Shown one piece after another: positions 17,858-33,100 of a stretch of DNA of 64,000 nucleotides. The notes below the pieces were generated by a model that made no database searches, was not told the DNA's origin, and saw only the letters and a list, made by a program, of their open reading frames with translations. The first letter of the stretch is position 1. Every line of letters starts with the position of its first letter. The DNA is from Trichoplax adhaerens (lineage: Eukaryota; Animalia; Placozoa). Location: positions 84,482-148,481 of the forward strand of contig NW_002060952.1 of assembly GCF_000150275.1 (NCBI RefSeq), written 5' to 3'. Both the position numbers and the translations under genes were made by a program.

Positions 17858-20159
17858 CTAACCCTGGCTAATAAATTCCATGACAATGTCAGTAAATTCC
17901 TGCGGTCTTTCAACGTGTAGTAGGTGACCCGCACCGGCAATGACTTTCATTTCATATTTTGGGAAAAACTTCTTAATGTCGTCCAAATTATCAGAACTAA
18001 GGATATTGTTTAAAAAATACCATACGTTGTAATGTAAAGTAGCACTCACATTACAAAATTGTTCACTCTTTAATTCTCTTATCAACTGGTGCTGGTATCA
18101 TCAAGAATTATAGAATTGCTTAACTTACTTGATATACGTAGATTTCTCGCCAACAATAAATAGAACTTTACCATCATATTGTCTTTTTGTGTCCGGAATA
18201 GCTACCAGATTGTGAATATTAGCATTGATAGCATCTAAATTAATTTTCCAGGAAATCTTTTTCTTTTCATAAACTAGATTCATTAATATGAATTTCCTGT
18301 AGGTATCATCCTACAATTTCAAAAAAAAGAAACCTTCCTATTTTAAATTAAATGCCTTTAAGACGACAATATCCATACTGACACAGAAATAGATAATATC
18401 ATCAGATGCTACAATTAATGGATATGCCAATATCTCGTATAAGAGAGCTTTGAATGCTCAGATGAGAGTTATTGATAACTTATTGTAATAACTTTTGTAA
18501 CACAGTAATAAAATCATTTACCGTAATTTTATCCACTAAATACTCTTCAATTTCTCTTTTGCTAGTATAGTTATCAAGGTTAACACTGCGTAATATTTTA
18601 ATATATGAAGGAGTCTTCCAATTTGCTAATTGAGTAACTGAGGTTGTTGGAGCAATATCAGCTATGACCAATTTATCAATTGAGTTGGAGGCAGATGATA
18701 AAGCCATCGTCATAGCGGTACGCCCACCCAAGCTATGACCGATTAAAGTTGTTGGAGATCCATTATTTACTTGCATAATCATTTGTTGGACATCATTCGC
18801 CATCACATGATAACCCATTTCTGAGGCATGAGGGCTATCGCCATGATTTCTAGCATCTAAGTTTATGATCTAATGCAACGAGTATGAAAGAATTCGTAAA
18901 AGATTTTTATCGTTGTAGCTACAATGTCTTGTAAATATCATGTATAAAATTTTCCTTCGTTTTCGTACTAATCTAACGACAACATCTAAATAAATATCTC
19001 TTCAACTATATTATAATCAAACAAAATTTATAGCATAGGTACAATTATATAGTATACGAGTATACGAATACTCGTACATATTCAGCAGTGACCTGGCAAG
19101 CAGATGAAGTTGGGGCATGCTAGTCAACGTTAAGAACTGACTAGCTTTGAAAGAACAAATCTAAAAATCATAGAAATAAATTATCTAATTTTCTTCACAA
19201 TTTACAATGCACACTATTACTCAATTTTTATTAATGAATGATTATATCATAGGAGTATCACTAATTTTTGCTTATATAGTATTATATCTCAATGTCTCAA
19301 TTAATTAATTGATTGGTGTAGACAGTGGTCAGAACTATTAAGCAATGACAATATACATATACGGGCATAATAGTACGCAAGAGAGAGAGGCTGTCTCGGC
19401 TGGTATTGGTCTTGAATTTAAAACTTCGGCAGTATAATAAATAAAGTTGAAGTAAAGTAAGTAGTGGAAGCTTTCTGGGGGCCAAAGGTTATAGAAAGTA
19501 GTTTACTTGTGTACATAAATGTAGCACTCATTTATACAGCCAAAGACTGTATACGAATATTTTACTGGTCCTTATACTGTACTGTCATTAAGAACATTAA
19601 TGGATGATTCCTATCGTAAAATATGTACCTTTCGTTGCAGTTTATTGGCTAAAATTCCAGATACAGTTCTCCAATTTCTCTTAGATCCAAATAATCCATG
19701 CAATACAAATACTGGGTTGTTTTGGGTAGGCCTTGTTACAATCCCTGGTTCAATTACAGAATAGGCCAATTGCAGTGCACTATCGAATGGAAAAAAAATA
19801 ATATCGTCGTATATCAGTCGCTTGATCGAAGATTAATAATATATCAATTACTTAATACTGTCATGATAAGATTTCTAAAATGAACTGTGAGTAAACTTTG
19901 AATCTACACTTATATTGTTTGATGTCACTTTAGTATACTGTAGTGTGTAGATTGTAGAAGGATGTTTTCGGTATATCTATGATGAGCACTCAAACTGATC
20001 CATTATTGTTAAAATGGTGCCGATAGGCTGCCTTTATTGTCATTATGAAAGTTGATCGTTCAGTAATCCATATTATTATTTACTGTTCAGTGTTCACTAT
20101 GCCATTACAGTAAAGATTTGGCGTAACGCTTTTACAGTCGAATAGACTTGCTGCATCAT
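17858..20159 (-). CDS. ABHD11: Alpha/beta-hydrolase ABHD11-like (mitochondrial esterase)
   Basis: Exons 19779-19629 (VFVLHGLFGSKRNW), 18869-18522 (LDARNHGDSPH; nucleophile GHSLGG), 18310-18129 (WKINLDAI; VLFIVGEKS) and 17996-17858 (GAGHLLHVERP). Tentative 5' exons 20159-20109 and 19874-19852 give a presequence-like MMQQVYSTVKALRQIFTKSYHDSIN. Confidence 0.9.
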
Positions 20160-21450
20160 ACTGTAATCATTTGCTCAGATTATAAGTGGAAGCTACATGC
20201 TAAAGAGCTGCTGACGAATACGAATAGGTAATCCCCTCATAGAATTGATATGCTTTTATCCAGTGTGCATGTACGAGAGAGTCTTAGCATGCCAAGACCT
20301 ACACGATGGCGTATATTAATCATGTTATCGGCAGTTGAAAAGATGGACAATTGGATAACACCAGTTGTTGTGGATTACACGTTCTAGGATTGGATACAAG
20401 CCTTGATTTTTTTCACTGTTTACGTGTAATTAATGCATGAGTCATGACACCACTTAACATTATAATGTAGATTATTAGCATTAGATAGCATCAACGAATC
20501 CAACCTACTACAAGATACCTTACATAAGGTCTCTGCTTTTACGCAGCGATAATATCGTTCCTACTATTCAATCATGACGAAATAATATCAATATAAGATA
20601 TGAATAACTGAATCAATACGAATATAAAAGTGACAGTAGTCAAAATCTGCTTCTACATTTAATAGAATATCCAGTACTGTCCATTTACAACTGCCAATAA
20701 TTAATTATATAATCCCAGCAAACATTAACGTGAATGTAGAGTGTTTAATAACGTTGGTTACCTTTTGTGAGCCATTTTATGCACAGGAATCTACTGGTGT
20801 ATTTCTGCAAATGCAAGGCTTAACCAACACATAAAATGGAAAATGGGATTAATTCCTTAACGGCAACACTACCGTGTCTAAAATATCCACCAAACCTCTA
20901 CCCAAGAATGGATGAATGGCCAACAGCCTGCAGCAGACTGGTATCCACAAGCAGTTGCATAGCATGACATCATGCAGTTATCCATTGGTATCATACTGAT
21001 ACAGTATATCGAAGCGTATAGAAACATGAATCTTGCTAACTTGATACCATAATGTCTATGGATTGCCATTGCCACCTTAACTTGAGGAAGGGAAATCTCT
21101 ATGGTTACTACACGCCTTAGGATTTTCCGCGCCAGTTAGAAAACGAGACTGTGGAAGGAGTGGTGGCTGCCGCTCTATCCTATGCATCAGTTTTGGGTTT
21201 TATAGCATCTTTCAAAATCTGGGCTAGCTTGCCGAAAACAAGGCCAATACCCAGTCAAGTACATTAGACTTGTTGACTAATTCTAGGCCTAGACCTGATC
21301 GATAGAGAAAACTCCTCTCTCAAGACGGTCATTCAACATTTTAAAAGTGAACTGATTGCTGGTCGGATCGGCTATATCCAAGAGCGAGTAGTGCCTTTAG
21401 CATACTGTACCACCATCACAACATCTAATGCCTATTTGAGTTGGGAAATC

Positions 21451-24400
21451 ATGACGACGATATCAAAGGGTCGTCTTTCACGCCGCTACGAGGTCATTCC
21501 TAGTATCGAATCCATCTTCAATGTGGACGATGACAGCAAGATTAACCTCGATCATCAACCAGAAGTATTTCTAGCCAACCAATTAAAATTCAACTTAAAT
21601 GTTCCAACCACCATGGAAAATTTAGCTACATCATGTAAAGATCCTTCACATATCATCATTTCTCATGGCGATGATAGGCACAAGAGTCATCATCGGGTAA
21701 ATAAAATAGTACAACATACACGGAGATGTTAAATTCTTATTGCATTAGAATCGATTCAGTATTGTGTATGAGTAAATGATAGATCGAGCTAAACTCGAGT
21801 TGTTTAACTCCCTTCGTAGTCTGTAGATGATTATTTCCATAGTTTGTAATTCCAATAAGGACAATATGATACACGTATGGTTATGACTTGAAATCATCAT
21901 CACCAGGTTAAAACAAGAAATAAACTCTGTTATTATTGACCCTCAGCAATTGGAAAATTCAGAGACTTGGTTGATTTCCTTGCTGTCTGCATCGTCTTAT
22001 TGAATACTCGCACTATTGAACTACGATGTAGTGGACGTCAACGATTTAAAATTGCATTAGCTGCTACTTTAATAAAATAACTAGCTCAAGGCTAGCGTAG
22101 TTTAGTAGTATACAGATATTGCATGACTTTCTTCATTGTTTCTACCATGTTGTTGACAATTAATGATTATAGTAATGCAGAAAAAGACGATGAGACAAAC
22201 TGAGACTTGTAATATGAAATTAAAACACCAGCTCGACGTACAACACCATTCAAGCACTGACAATCCTACGGCTAGGAGGCAACAGTAAACTATACGTGTC
22301 GTAACGATCTACCAATTTATGGCCTAAATACGTAGACATCCCTCCTAGCTTAGATACGATTATATTGTGCCTAGATACTGTAGGCTCTTACCTATCCAAG
22401 TATGTGAAACGTAAATTATTATCACTTAAATTTCAAGAATGACTATCTGATCATAGCTATGTGATGGCTAATACGCAATACTTACTCTGTAACTGATCTG
22501 TAAACATATTGCATTAGCTGTAATTTAGATGACTAGGTAAAACCAGCATACGTAATACTGTAATTCAGTTCATGATGGGTTTCATTGCTAATTTGCATCA
22601 TCTTGTTGAGGATCAATGACAATATGTGCTACCGAGAGTTTACAAAATTATCAACTGCGACTTTAGATAACTATGTTAGGTAAATATTACTTCGAATTTA
22701 TGTTATAAATTTTTGAATTCGGATGCGCTAGGAAATATTGATAAAGATGTACTTGAAACACGTCTCATTGCATACTAATATACTGTAGCTTTCAATTACT
22801 CCAATGGTTTCTTCCCTATTCCATTATGCTATTGCCTATTGGGTATGCTATCGACAACAAAGTGTCAGCAGTTACGTAGATGCTGTAGTAGTGTAGTATG
22901 GGATATATGTTAGTGTTATATGTAGCCAATCATTGCTAATATTGTACGAGGCTTAATTATTATGTCAATTGCTCCATACGTAAGGTAAACAATGGTATTT
23001 GACTATCTGATAAATTTGTAAGCTTGGCGATGTCGTTAGCTCTATTGCGATGACTGACTAGTAGCTATGGTATATAGTATGTAAGAGCAATCGTACCATA
23101 AACTAGCTTAAATGATGTCTATGCATATTCCTATTTTGTCTATCATCGAATGTTAAAATTTGGCAACTGTGTAAATTTCGTGGTATAAAAGTATATCGTA
23201 TTTATAAGAAATGGTTGATATCATAATATCTAGAACTTGTAATTAAATCTATCATCGCATCTTATAATATATCTGGCTATAGGATCAAAATCCCAAATCT
23301 GCTGACTTTAATATTTTGGATAGCGAAGAACTGAACCTTGCCCTAAGATTTGCAAAGCAAGATATCAATCTAGCCCGAGCCGATTTATCGACACAAACTA
23401 ATACTGTCATGAACAAAAGCCGACGTGCAAAAAGGAATAAAGCTAATCATGAACGATCCCATGTATCTATAGAAGTAAACAAAATCAACAAGCCTAAGAA
23501 ATTATCATCTCAATCTAAACTTTTAGTATCAACAGGTTGTATTTCGGGCAAATAATGTAAACCATTTTACTCATCTTTAAGATTTCGCTGATTATATAAC
23601 TGCGTATACGCACATGAAGAAATTCACATTTTTACTCTTTCTACTCTAACATTTAGCTGTATTTGAGCTGGTTTATCCCATCATCTCATTAGTTATATTG
23701 CACCAAAATAAAATACTAATAATTTCTATTACCAATGTTAATACCTTAGGCCTACCACAGCGCAACCGGAAGAAAAATAATGAACAATATACTGATCGCA
23801 AAACAATCGGCCGATCCAGAGATCTTATATGGGTGCAAAGTAAACCATCAAGTTCCAATATAGTAAAAAAAGAAAGAGCATCAAGAATTGAGCAGAAAGC
23901 TAATCCAGCGCCTGTCTGGCATAGTGATAAAGGTATAATCACTTTAAAATGTTGCTATTATGAGTGAGATAATTTCTTATTGGGTGTTTCTCTGCAATGA
24001 TAACACCAATTGTGTTATAGTACCCTCCGGTCTTATTGTTTAATAACATAATTCGCTAATAGATAAAAAGATCAGCGAAATTGAACGCCTACGATCGGAA
24101 ATTCGAAAACTGGTCATGCAAACAAGAGAACTATATCACGATGTTTCGCAAAAAGAGGCTGATGTTAGCTTATCATCTGCAAAGCCTGTCAGCAACCCAG
24201 ACAAATTTATTGTTAAACTTAGTAATCGAAGTATTCGGACTTTATATGTTCTGCAAAAAAAGGTACAGTCATGTAATTTAAAATGTTTATCTAGCAGTTT
24301 TTGCATCTATTTACCAACACATACAGCCAATAGAGGTATTATATCGCGTACACCTTAATTTGATCATCCTGTCTTGATCAAAGTCTTTGTGGTTGCAAAT

Positions 24401-27400
24401 TGATTGACTTGCCTATCGTTGTATTAAAATTTAATAGATATCATTTTTAAGTCCTAATAATGTTTATTGTGTACCTTTTTTATCTCGTCTAATTAATACC
24501 GTTTAGATAAAGATAGTTTCTAGTGGATTACATAAGGATCCTGTTGTTGATAAGCTGCGATTCAAAGAGGTACCATGGAGAAATCACATTCTCTGCACTT
24601 GATTTACAATATAACAATGAAGTATTATTTATAGATTCACGATTGGTAATCCTTAGATACTGTGTCCTGTCTACTTTACAGATTTTAACTCATATTGCAG
24701 TCAGCTATAGAGGATTAATCAAGACACTAGAAGAATTTAATCGTGATATTGCCCGGCGATCGCACGAAGTGGAAGTGAAAATTGCCCCCAAAGTCTACAA
24801 GGATATTGGCAGCCTAATAAATATCATAACCCAGTGTTGCAGTGCTCTTAAAATTGCTCCAGTTGATGATACTGCGGAACTATTATTTCAATTGTATAAT
24901 GATTGCCAGGTATTAATTAACAGAAACTGAGTTTTTAATGATAGTTGATCGGATGTCCTCAAGTGATGAATTGTGAATAATTTTGTTAACATGGCTCTGC
25001 AATTTAGGAAAGAAATCTTTTAAATGAAGATAAGAATATTTATCAAGGCATATAAAATTGCATCGCCTATTTGATTTAACATATTTACTATTAATATCAA
25101 TGTGCTAGTTAAGTTACTGTGAACATACGTATTTCTGATAATTACCAAGTTTAATGTCTCTTTACTTTTCTGTCATAGATATAGAAGCCGAAATAGACAG
25201 TAAATCAAATGAAAAGAATGAGACTCGAGTAAAAATTTTAACATTTATATTCAAATACAATATATTAGTGACATCGTCTGCTAACGATAAAGGCTTTTGT
25301 ACAATAAAAGACAATGCTCTATATTTATTGCTAACATCAATATATTTCGTAATCATCTAAAGACGGTAGCTGTATTAACCGTATTACTCACTTGAACTAG
25401 GCTATGAATCGAAAAACTCAACCTAGAAGTACATCTAAAGGTGTCTTATGGGCTGATTCCAGAAAGGTTATTAGTTTCATTAAGCGTATCTGTTTCTACT
25501 ACTTTTGTGGATCGTAAAGATTGCTAACTTGTATAATTACTCAATCGTGAAATTTATATTAACGGAATAGGTATCGAAGATTTCCGATGGCCGTAAGGGA
25601 AAAAATCAAGAATTTCGATTTCTTAGAGACACAGAGTCATCAAGGCTCAAAATATCTGATAAAAGTAGACAACGTAGCAATGGATTTGATCCTGATTTTG
25701 TATTTCAAGCTTCTGAAGATCCACGTTTAGATGGTGAAATGACGTTAACACCTCCAGAATCTCCAACTAAACAGTCTCTTCTTCCTTGGAGAGCAACCTC
25801 TCGTTCAGCTACCCCTCGAAATATCAATGCATCCGAATCGATAGAAAATCAACCTTCCCCTACTGGCTCTCACCGGCAGGTCTCCGTGTTTGACGATAAG
25901 GTCTGCATTCATAGATTAGATAGATTTATAGTACAGTAAATACACACGCCTTTCTTTAAGTTGTTGTAATTTTTTGGGATAGCTTAGAGTAGTTATTTAC
26001 CTCTACTTACGTAAATATAACATGACTTTTATTACAAAACTATTGGCTAGAAATCAGACGACGTGGATCGCCGCCTGACCGATAGCCCTCGCCAAGTTTT
26101 AAAGCTACGGAAGTCACCGAGGTATCTATTCGACGGTACCGAAATTGTTACGATATAATTCATAACCTTATCTATTCGATTTTGCCTACCAACCCAGGCG
26201 CCGAAAATACGTCAATACAAGCTCTGATTCTGTGAAAAATCATATTGTAAATGACCTCAACCGCAGGAAACAACAATTTTTTACTGATGTGGTAGAGTTT
26301 GAAAAATTAAGTTTGTGATATTGCTGATAAACAAAATAAGTCCTAAGTTAAAGCCTTCTTTCTCATGATTAGTCGGTTAATGCCCCTTCCCTTCAAAACC
26401 AGCTATCTGAAACGCTCTGTAAATTGGTATGAGCTTGGAAAATATAGGATGCCAAATAAAATCTTGCGATAATTCTAATTGTAACTAATCACTTCTATGA
26501 GGACGGTACTAAAGTCTTACGGTCATCCTAATAGGTTTCGGCTCATGGTGACGACATTACGGAAGCACTATTAAAATATCTTATTGGTGATACTGTAGAT
26601 GAATTACAAAGGTACGCTCACGTAACACATAAGCTTCAGGAAAAATTTTTAGCATTGAATCCAATATTCTTTATTTATATAGAATTGAATGCAATGATGA
26701 AATGAAAAATGAAGTCGATAACTTTCTATCCGATACGAATATTGAAAAAGTTTTGCAACTCATTGAAAATATTGAGGTAATGTACGATGCAGATTTAGTT
26801 TCTATTAGACTACTAATTCTCTTTCCTAATATTATACGGGTATCTGGGTATATTTTTGTAGTTGCAAGAGGCCAACGTACGTCGTAAACTGAATGATATA
26901 GAATACGCAGATACAAATGGTTAGCAATCGTAAATGTAAATATTTTATGAGAAGCCTTAGAGATACTTAGTCTATTTAATTATACTTAAACATATTAGAT
27001 CTCAATCCTGCCAATTCATCTCCGAGCATTCCTGATCAGAATCCTATTGTCATTACTAGACCACAGTCTGGTCAATTAGTATTTACTAATACTCCAACTG
27101 AATTAGACGATTCTGGGAAGATTATGTATAACATAAATGTAAGTCTAGTATGTATTAAGTTGCCCTCTATTCTGGAAAATAACTAACGATGACTTTTATT
27201 TGTTACAATATCTATCGCTTAGAATACCAGTCATATACCAAATCATCTAGATGTAAATTTATTAGACAAAAGAGTCGTTGCAACTTCTCGCAGCGCTATG
27301 GACAGAGTTGAACAGTATTGCGATCTATATAAGGAATACCAGTCAAAAGTACCACAAGAATTATCTGGAACGTCAACTGGTATCTGGATGTATGAAAGGT

Positions 27401-27578
27401 AATACTAGCTCTATGCTCAAATATTTATATTAAACGTTAATTTCTCAAATATTTTCATGATACTGTCAGAATTTGTGACAAATTGTTGAATAAACTCCTT
27501 GAAAGTGTGGGAAAAGAAATGGAAAAAAATATTGACAGCTATGTTGAAAATGTATACGCTGCTGAGTTTCAGGCATAG
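21451..27578 (+). CDS. KIAA0753: Moonraker / OFIP centriolar-satellite protein, multi-exon
   Basis: First exon has NQLKFNLNVPTTMENLA (human NQLQFNRNVPTHSSNLA). The exon at ~23283 has FNILDSEELNLALRFAKQDI (human [20 protein letters not shown]). Last exons have RVEQYCDLYKEY and ...IDSYVENVYAAEFQA* (human YAEAVFTSEF). Human sequences are recalled from memory; the internal exons are only partly resolved. Confidence 0.8.
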
Positions 27579-28767
27579 GATCGCCGTAATACTGTAGAAT
27601 ATTCAAAAATACAAACATCGACATCTTAATTAAAGAAACGACAACTAAAAACAAAGCTTTATCTTTATTTATGTGAATTAATACGTAGCCTACCTAAAAC
27701 AAGAATAACTTTCACCTTTTATGCGTATGATGTAGTTTTATTTTGTTTTCACTGGCTAGGAAAAATGGAGTATTATAATTGCGTTTGGGAATATACGGCT
27801 TGTAGAACTAGTGATGGTTTACTCTGTCTGTATATGCACGTTATTGATACACATTTTTACTGTATGATGTATGACTAATTGAGAAAGGCAACATTAAAAT
27901 TTGCTTGTTTTACTCCTCAAACCATCATGTTATATGATAAGTATAAGTGTAAATTACCATTAACTATGATGATAAGTGAACAATCAAGTCTGTATATCCA
28001 GTATTTATATTTTTATGTAACATACACAGAACTGTTACTATTTAACAACTACTACTTTTATAATTTATCACTGCAAAATATTAATTCTATTAGCATGATT
28101 ATTTCAAATAGAAAATAGCCTAAAAGAATAAAGTATAATTAAATAACAGAGTGACTTTCATAATGTGAAAAATATTCTTACAGATGTAAATATAATTCAT
28201 TTCATGTATAGTAAGATCAAGGCGTAAATGTTGATTCTTGCATCACACAATTTCTCGTTGTCATCATAAATAATTAAAATGGAGAAGAACTTGGAGAAAT
28301 TGATGTACCAAAGCCATTAGATGGTTAAATCAACTTTAAACAAGGGCTTAAAATTATTCGCATTTGATACTTTAAATGTTGCATTTAACAAAATATCGAT
28401 TTTCTATTATACGAGTATGAATTACTTAACAGAAGCGGACGATAGATTGTCGTACTCGATAAATTTCTAGTTATATCCAATAGCTAGTTTTAATCAATTA
28501 AATTTCGGATCAGAAGTTTCTATAACAGAGGACTTCTCTTCTTTCGTGCACATCGATTTAAGATTTGCAAACAATTGCTAAAGAGCTCTTCAAATTTCTC
28601 TTAAACGTCAGTGGAAAGTGCACAGTTGTATAACAACTACTTGTCTACTGTGTTTCTTTCCTAGCAATTTCTTAAAAGTTTAATCTGTTAAAAACTAGAT
28701 AGATTAATTATTTCATTTCATAAAGTATTCAATCATTGAAGACTATCAATGAACATCCAAATTATTG

Positions 28768-30170
28768 TTAAGCCGTTGTAGCTGGTAAAGTCTTCATCTC
28801 TTGGCTATTATTTTCATCTTCTTCATTAATAGACTCTAAGACATTACCATGCTTATATTTTAGTTTGTGGAAATTGTATTTACGTGAAGACGTCGAACGT
28901 TTTGATGAGACAAACTTTAGTAAATGAAATTTTCTTCTTGGGCGATAGATACCACTATCAATTAATTGTTGCCTAATTTCTTCATCGCTCTCCCATCTCT
29001 GTCTTTTCTGCCATGGTTTCGATACAACCACTGCAATAATGACAACAACAGACAAGATGGTAATACTGGTAATACTCCATATCATCATTTGTTTATGACT
29101 GATGGACGATAAATTGAACAACGGATTAATTTGAGTGCTGTTAGTCTTGCTGATCTCATATTTATACAACGGAGTATCAGTAGAATGATGATCGGTCCTT
29201 GCATGTAACTCCGGATAACGTATATAATGTTCTTCAGCTGTTTTTACCTAGCGAAGTAGGATTACGTTGAATAAGATTTTTTAACGCGACAACAATGTAA
29301 AATTTTCAGCTCAATTTCATATTGCTATATTAGATTAGAAAACGCTAGGATATATAACAATTTGCTATTAAAAATAATTAACTTAAAACAAAGGATACAA
29401 AAATACTGAATCAAATTTAAAATTCTGTAAGTACAATAAATATTTTGACTCCTTTACTATAGCATTATGCAAATCCACCTTTATAGGCAGGAGTAATAGA
29501 AGATATATTAGTGAACTAAGTCTTGACTAATTTCTACCATACAAGAAGATAATCAAGTGATATGCAGCTAGTTCAATCCATTACGGACACATTAGCTGCA
29601 ATTGTTGAAATCTAAAGAAACAATATGAGGTTGGCGGATTGATTCTAGATATGAAGGCTCTAATTGGATATCCGCATCCATAAAGATATTGATAATGTAT
29701 AAGATTGTAGGCAGAGATTTTAATCTCTATTATGATAAATGTACTATAGCTTTACATAAATTTACACAGTATCTTTAAATACATCAGAGAGCGCACTAAC
29801 AGAGAATTTGTATTTACTGTTAAAATAAATGATCGTGCAATAGACAGAATATGCTTCTTTCGTTACAATCAAAACTGTTCCACTTCGTCGTGAACAACAA
29901 TGTAATAGACATGAAAAACATTGAATAGAAGGATTCTATGTCTAGTACAGCATCAATATTCAAAATAATTGCTTGTATCCAGTAGAATATGCTACTATTA
30001 ATCGCTACGACGCCATAATTAAAAAAAAAATTACTCACATAGAATTGGTTATGTTGATTTAAATGAGGGATCGATTTGATAGTAGAAGCTGATACATGAT
30101 TCTGGTTGAACAGCATTGTATTGATAATAAGGTATACCATAAGCGATATTTTAACGTCCTTAATCTTCAT
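28768..30170 (-). CDS. Orphan type-I single-pass membrane protein, ~203 aa, two exons
   Basis: Exon 30170-30039 (signal-peptide-like MKIKDVKISLMVYLIINTMLF...NQFY, donor GTGAGT, phase 0) joins exon 29247-28768 (acceptor CTAG, phase 0). The second exon has one TM helix (IWSITSITILSVVVIIAVVV) and a basic then acidic cytoplasmic tail. No family recognised. Confidence 0.65.
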
Positions 30171-33100
30171 TTTTTCATCCTATAATGTTTAATAATTGCT
30201 AAGTAGTACTTAAGAATATATATCGTAGTTTACAACATGTCCAGCGAAATAAGTAATACGCTAAATGTAGTACTGTGCTCAGTTGTATATTCAAGTGATA
30301 ATAAAGTTACCTTTAAGGTCACAAAATCGGTGACAAGTTCAAACTTTGACGATTACTATAATCATTTCTTTTCCGAAGGGTTTGCTATCCAGGCCTTGAT
30401 TTAGGGTATAAATGATTTCTTACACATTGCTTGACTTTGTATAGCTCAATTACGGCAAAAGGGCTTCTCGGTAGCGATTATAAACATATGTTTTACCCAT
30501 ATGCTTAAGGTATTTTATTCCTTTACATGATTGAATAGACCAACAGATATCGAAAAGATAAAAAGGTCACAACATTCTGTTGTTATGGGAATTGAAATAC
30601 AGTTACTCTGTACGTAATTTAATTTCTAGATTTACAACCGGTTCTTTAATCTGATTTTAAGGATGTAAATTAAGGCATTATGAAGTTACATAAAGCAGGT
30701 AGAACTATAATTATCTTAACATATCTATATGCAGAAGCTTAACTTACAGCAGTAGTAATTGATTCCTAATTAATTAATGATTAGTGGGCCCTAAAAGTAA
30801 TCAAGCTGACTTATGAATCGTAAATAATTATAGAACCAATTTATTTTAAGCAAGATATTTACCCTACATAAATAAATTAAATATTCTATCGTCTGTCCTA
30901 TCTTACAGTAGTAATAATAATCTGATATAATATCACTCACTTCCTTACTAACGGTTATGTTACCATAGTAAAATATTCTACAGAACCAGTAATTTTAACA
31001 AAGATTTATATTCATCACATTTTAGGTGTAAGTATAAGTATTTTGCCATCCGCTTATATTAAAAGTAGTAAGGATAATCTGAAATTTGGTAAGCAAATTA
31101 GCGATTTCCTCTTTAACATTATGTTGCAACGGTAAAACTAGTCTGAACAGTGATTATAATATAGCATTGCATCCATCAGTTACACTGGAAGTTGATCACG
31201 GCTGAAAAAATATTGTACTGTCGACAATACAACAGCAAAGAATTACCATTATATATATATATAATCCAAAGGAAAAATTATAAATAATTTCATATATGTT
31301 CTTAACATTCGTACATGATTAATTAGGTATTTCATCTATTTATACACCTGATAAATTCATTAATAGAGGTAAATAATAATTATTCTATGGCTTGGATGTT
31401 GCTATTCGTTCAAAACAGCACATGACTGATCAATTAAGATCAATTGCTAAGTAAATAATTCATAAATGCAAGTCGATATCAAAGTGCAAAAAAACTAATT
31501 TGAGCATTTCATTTTGCGTGCCTGTATTAATTTGTATATTGATATATCCAAAAATGACATCCATTTTCGATATTCTATGTAAATCGAAGCTTTGGTGATC
31601 ATCTATTTATATATTGCAGGGACTGAATACGGAACCTAGAATTACTTATATTACCTGAATTTGTATGAGAAAAATTAATTTTTACACGCTTCACTTGGAT
31701 ATCAATTTAGATCATTCTTTGGTCACAATACCTCCACAATAAATCACGGCATAATTCAATAAATTTATAGTAGGTTACCGAATTTATTATATTTACCTTA
31801 ATAAATTATAATATTATCAATGCCAAAGAGCTGTATCAAGTAGTACTTTAAAAAATGGCGCTCATTTTAACCATCAAGTGGTGTAATAGATGCATAATAA
31901 TATTGGTAAATAATTAGAATATTAACCTAGTTAAGAGATTAGTACTGCTCAAGACGTATCTTCGTAATACAGTCTAATATACAGAACATATATAATTTCT
32001 CATCCATTTCAAGTTTTGTGCAAGTCTAGCGTTAGATGGTATTATTATTTATAATTATCAATCGATGGTGCAGGAGACCACCGTATGCCAGAGTCTATCA
32101 GATGTTTATAGAATAACTTAAAATGCTGCGTGTACTGGTACGTATCTAATATCCGATGAATTTATCATTTAGTCCCAATAGTAAATTTAATCACATATTC
32201 ATAGAATGAATATTAATTGCACGATGCACACCATACAACTTTAAGTAATCTATCAAGGAAAAAATTAATATTCGGTTGTACTATATTACCATGAACTGAC
32301 AGGAAAAGATATAATTAAAATCATTGTAGATAAATTTATAAACTCATAAATCTCTCAAAGAAAAACCACGCGCAAATCAAACAACACAGTCAGCGCCGTA
32401 AACATAGTCTTAACAAATCAAGTTTTAATCCCTTAAAATAAGGTAATTCATACACAATAACGTGATAAAAGTATCAGATTTGAAGTTACAGTACAACACC
32501 ATCAATATTCTACATAGTGTACGTTCATATAATTCAAATAGCTACGTATTACACAGATCTGTCCTCGGATGACGGTATTCTGATATTTATCGTAATTTTT
32601 TTCTTTCTGTACGTTGAGAATGGCAGAAATTCGAGGCAATAACTAGCTTTACAATATTACATTCAGTAAACAAAGCTGATAAACGTGGAATAATATAATA
32701 TAATAATTATTAACTATTATGATGATGTAATAAAGACCATCTGACCAAAGCAGAAGCCAAATCGGTAACATTGCACGTTAATAGTTGCAAGTATTCTTTA
32801 CTACCATAGCTCGTTGTTATTCTAAAGCTCTCAGTATGGCTATTCGTGATTTAACGCTGGATCTCAGTAACGCTGTACCAGAAAATTTGCTTTAGCGATA
32901 TTAACTGATCAATATACTTCTTCCCGTATCCTCAATTTCAAGGTGTTCGACTTGTTGTTAATTTAGAAGTGGCAACAACAAAAGCTAGCACAAATAACAA
33001 TAAGATATCTCCAATAGTAATATGGCGATCTAACAAGAATACCAAAAGGAAATGCTAGAGCGTCTACCGAATATAAAAATCTTGAATTTATAGTTATAGA

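Noticed and set aside
29750-29930. Minus-strand frame reading IQCFSCLLHCC, suggestive of a Ly6/three-finger exon in the orphan gene
   Set aside because: The frame hits a stop with no convincing continuation or remaining Cys pattern. The two flanking exons already join in phase.
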